31,655 nucleotides of DNA from a bacterium (GTDB taxonomy: Bacteria; Krumholzibacteriota; Krumholzibacteriia; LZORAL124-64-63): NCBI GenBank assembly GCA_031441465.1, contig JANOEP010000055.1, positions 1 to 31,655 on the forward strand, given 5' to 3'. The translations under genes and the position numbers were made by a program. The notes below the pieces were generated by a model. That model saw only the letters and a program-made list of their open reading frames with translations. It was not told where the DNA came from and ran no database searches. The first letter of the stretch is position 1; every line of letters starts with the position of its first letter. Shown here in pieces: positions 30,208 through 31,655 of this stretch.

Positions 30208-31518
30208 ATGTACGAACGCTGGGTCGACGCCACGCACCTCTCGGCCCGCGACGACGGCGACTCCTGGGCCGTGGACTACGCCGCTCACCCCCTGCTCGAC
30301 CCGGCCTTCACCCAGCGCCCCTCGCGCGTCGGCCGCTTCTTCCACGAGATGTCCCGGCGCATCGAGCACGACGACGCGGCCTACCGCGACGAGATCCACC
30401 GCCTGCTGAACCCGCCCGGCACGCCGCTCGACGGCGGGTACGGGGCCGCCGACCTGATGCGGTCGATGACCGAGGCCGACGCGTACCTGCGCGACCTCGT
30501 GGCCCTGTTGCCGGCCCCGTCGCAGGCCCACGTGCGCCCACAGGCCACCGTGACCGCCTGCAACGACCTGCGCACGCTGATGTCGCTGCTGTTCAGCCGC
30601 GAGGACCCGCGCATCCGCTTCGAGTCGCAGCGCAAGCTCTACCTGGCGAAGCTCCTGCTGGACATCGACCACTCGCGCCACATCCAGATGGGGCCGCGGC
30701 ACAAGGCCTACATCGAGCGCCTGCTGCGCGAGGGGCTGTGGAAGCGCACCGTGGACACCAACACGGTGGAGATCGGCTACGAACTGGGGCCCGACGGGGA
30801 GACGATCCGCTACAACCTGCGCCCCCACCCCGGCCAGGAGCGCTGGCAGTTCCGCTCGCTGTTCCTGGAGAGGGAGGCGGCCGGCCGCCGCATCGCGCTG
30901 GACGTGCTCTACTACAACTGCCGCTTCAAGCGCATGGTGACCCCGATCTCCTACGAGATCGTCGACGGCAGCCACCGCGTCATCGAGCGCCGCCGCTGGG
31001 ACGCCAAGGACCAGGACAGCAGCGGCTCGATCCTCTCGAAGATGATCCGCAAGGGGATCAACGACCCCGACGCGATCACCGATTTACTCGGCGCGATGTT
31101 CATCGTCCACGACGAGGACGCGGTGGTCGAGCTGCTGACGCTGCTCAACGACGTCCTGGGCAACCCCGTCTCGTGGCGCAACATCACCGACACGATCGGC
31201 TTCGCCGGCGACCACCGCCGCCTGAACCGCCACAGCGGCCACGGCTACAAGGTCTACAAGGGGGATCTCGACGTCCTGCATCCCAACGACGAGCCCGGCC
31301 TGCCGCCGTACCGGTTCCCGGTGGAGATCCAGATCTACACGCTCGAGGGGTTCCTGCGCACCGTCCACGGGGCCCACGACGCCAACCACCTGGCCCTGAA
31401 GCTGCGCCAGTTCCTGCACGGGCTGGTGCCCTACGCGTTCCCGCGGGCCGTCTACGGCGACCAGTGGCTGCACCTGAACGGGACGAACGGGCACGGGCCC
31501 AAGACTTCCGGGCTCTAG
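30208..31518 (+). CDS. Divergent RelA/SpoT-synthetase-like nucleotidyltransferase (TIGR04552-like by resemblance)
   Basis: ATG at 30208. C-terminal half has SILSKMIRK, ITDLLGAMFIV, GYKVYK, VEIQIYT, ANH in the order of RelA/SpoT synthetase motifs. Confidence 0.7.
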   Translation: MYERWVDATHLSARDDGDSWAVDYAAHPLLDPAFTQRPSRVGRFFHEMSRRIEHDDAAYRDEIHRLLNPPGTPLDGGYGAADLMRSMTEADAYLRDLVALLPAPSQAHVRPQATVTACNDLRTLMSLLFSREDPRIRFESQRKLYLAKLLLDIDHSRHIQMGPRHKAYIERLLREGLWKRTVDTNTVEIGYELGPDGETIRYNLRPHPGQERWQFRSLFLEREAAGRRIALDVLYYNCRFKRMVTPISYEIVDGSHRVIERRRWDAKDQDSSGSILSKMIRKGINDPDAITDLLGAMFIVHDEDAVVELLTLLNDVLGNPVSWRNITDTIGFAGDHRRLNRHSGHGYKVYKGDLDVLHPNDEPGLPPYRFPVEIQIYTLEGFLRTVHGAHDANHLALKLRQFLHGLVPYAFPRAVYGDQWLHLNGTNGHGPKTSGL

Positions 31519-31655
31519 TGTCCTGTCCCAAGATTAACTATACTATATAGCGCCCCTGTTGTAGACTTCTCCCGAGGTCTTCCACAGGAGGTGCGATTAT
31601 GCCACGCGGTCGATCCGTAACACCCATCGTTCTGTCGGCCGACGAGCGTGAAGCG
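31518..31655 (+). mobile_element. Left end of an IS630-family element (partial)
   Basis: CTA^GTGTCCTGTCCCAAGATT end after a TA, an abrupt GC drop, and a transposase start downstream. Confidence 0.75.
31599..31655 (+). CDS. IS630-family transposase, N-terminus (truncated by the window)
   Basis: RBS AGGAGG. MPRGRSVTPIVLSADEREA resembles the IS630 N-terminal pattern GR....LxLSxxER. Confidence 0.7.
   Translation, partial: MPRGRSVTPIVLSADEREA

Overview
High-GC bacterial chromosomal segment with about 25 real genes. Most of the long ORFs in the track are antisense or off-frame shadows. From left to right: (1) a minus-strand, translationally coupled operon of a single-POTRA Omp85/BamA-family barrel, a DUF4390-like periplasmic protein, an NtrY-like kinase and an NtrX-like response regulator; (2) a lower-GC MntA/HepT toxin-antitoxin pair bracketed by an 8-bp direct repeat; (3) a three-gene operon with no permease (DUF1858-like domain fused to a solute-binding protein without signal peptide, HypB/UreG-like GTPase, ABC ATPase) preceded by a 26-bp palindrome; (4) a secreted S9 peptidase; (5) a secreted protein ending in TWGxxKxxYR, behind a highly structured leader; (6) the sulfate ABC operon sbp-cysT-cysW-cysA, divergent from a sigma54 enhancer-binding protein and an SDR; (7) a Cys glutathione peroxidase and a long GreA; (8) a 1218-bp IS1-like element with 28-bp TIRs, an apparently non-canonical catalytic helix and no target duplication; (9) a FlgD-Ig protein behind a consensus sigma54 promoter; (10) peptidase MA, CobB, a GT4 glycosyltransferase, a TPP-II-like S8 protease and a PLP Cys/Met lyase; (11) a divergent RelA/SpoT-like nucleotidyltransferase; (12) the left end of an IS630. 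The C-terminal motifs suggest a Krumholzibacteriota/Latescibacterota-like host, but this is inference only. All family calls come from motif recognition by eye; no searches were run.
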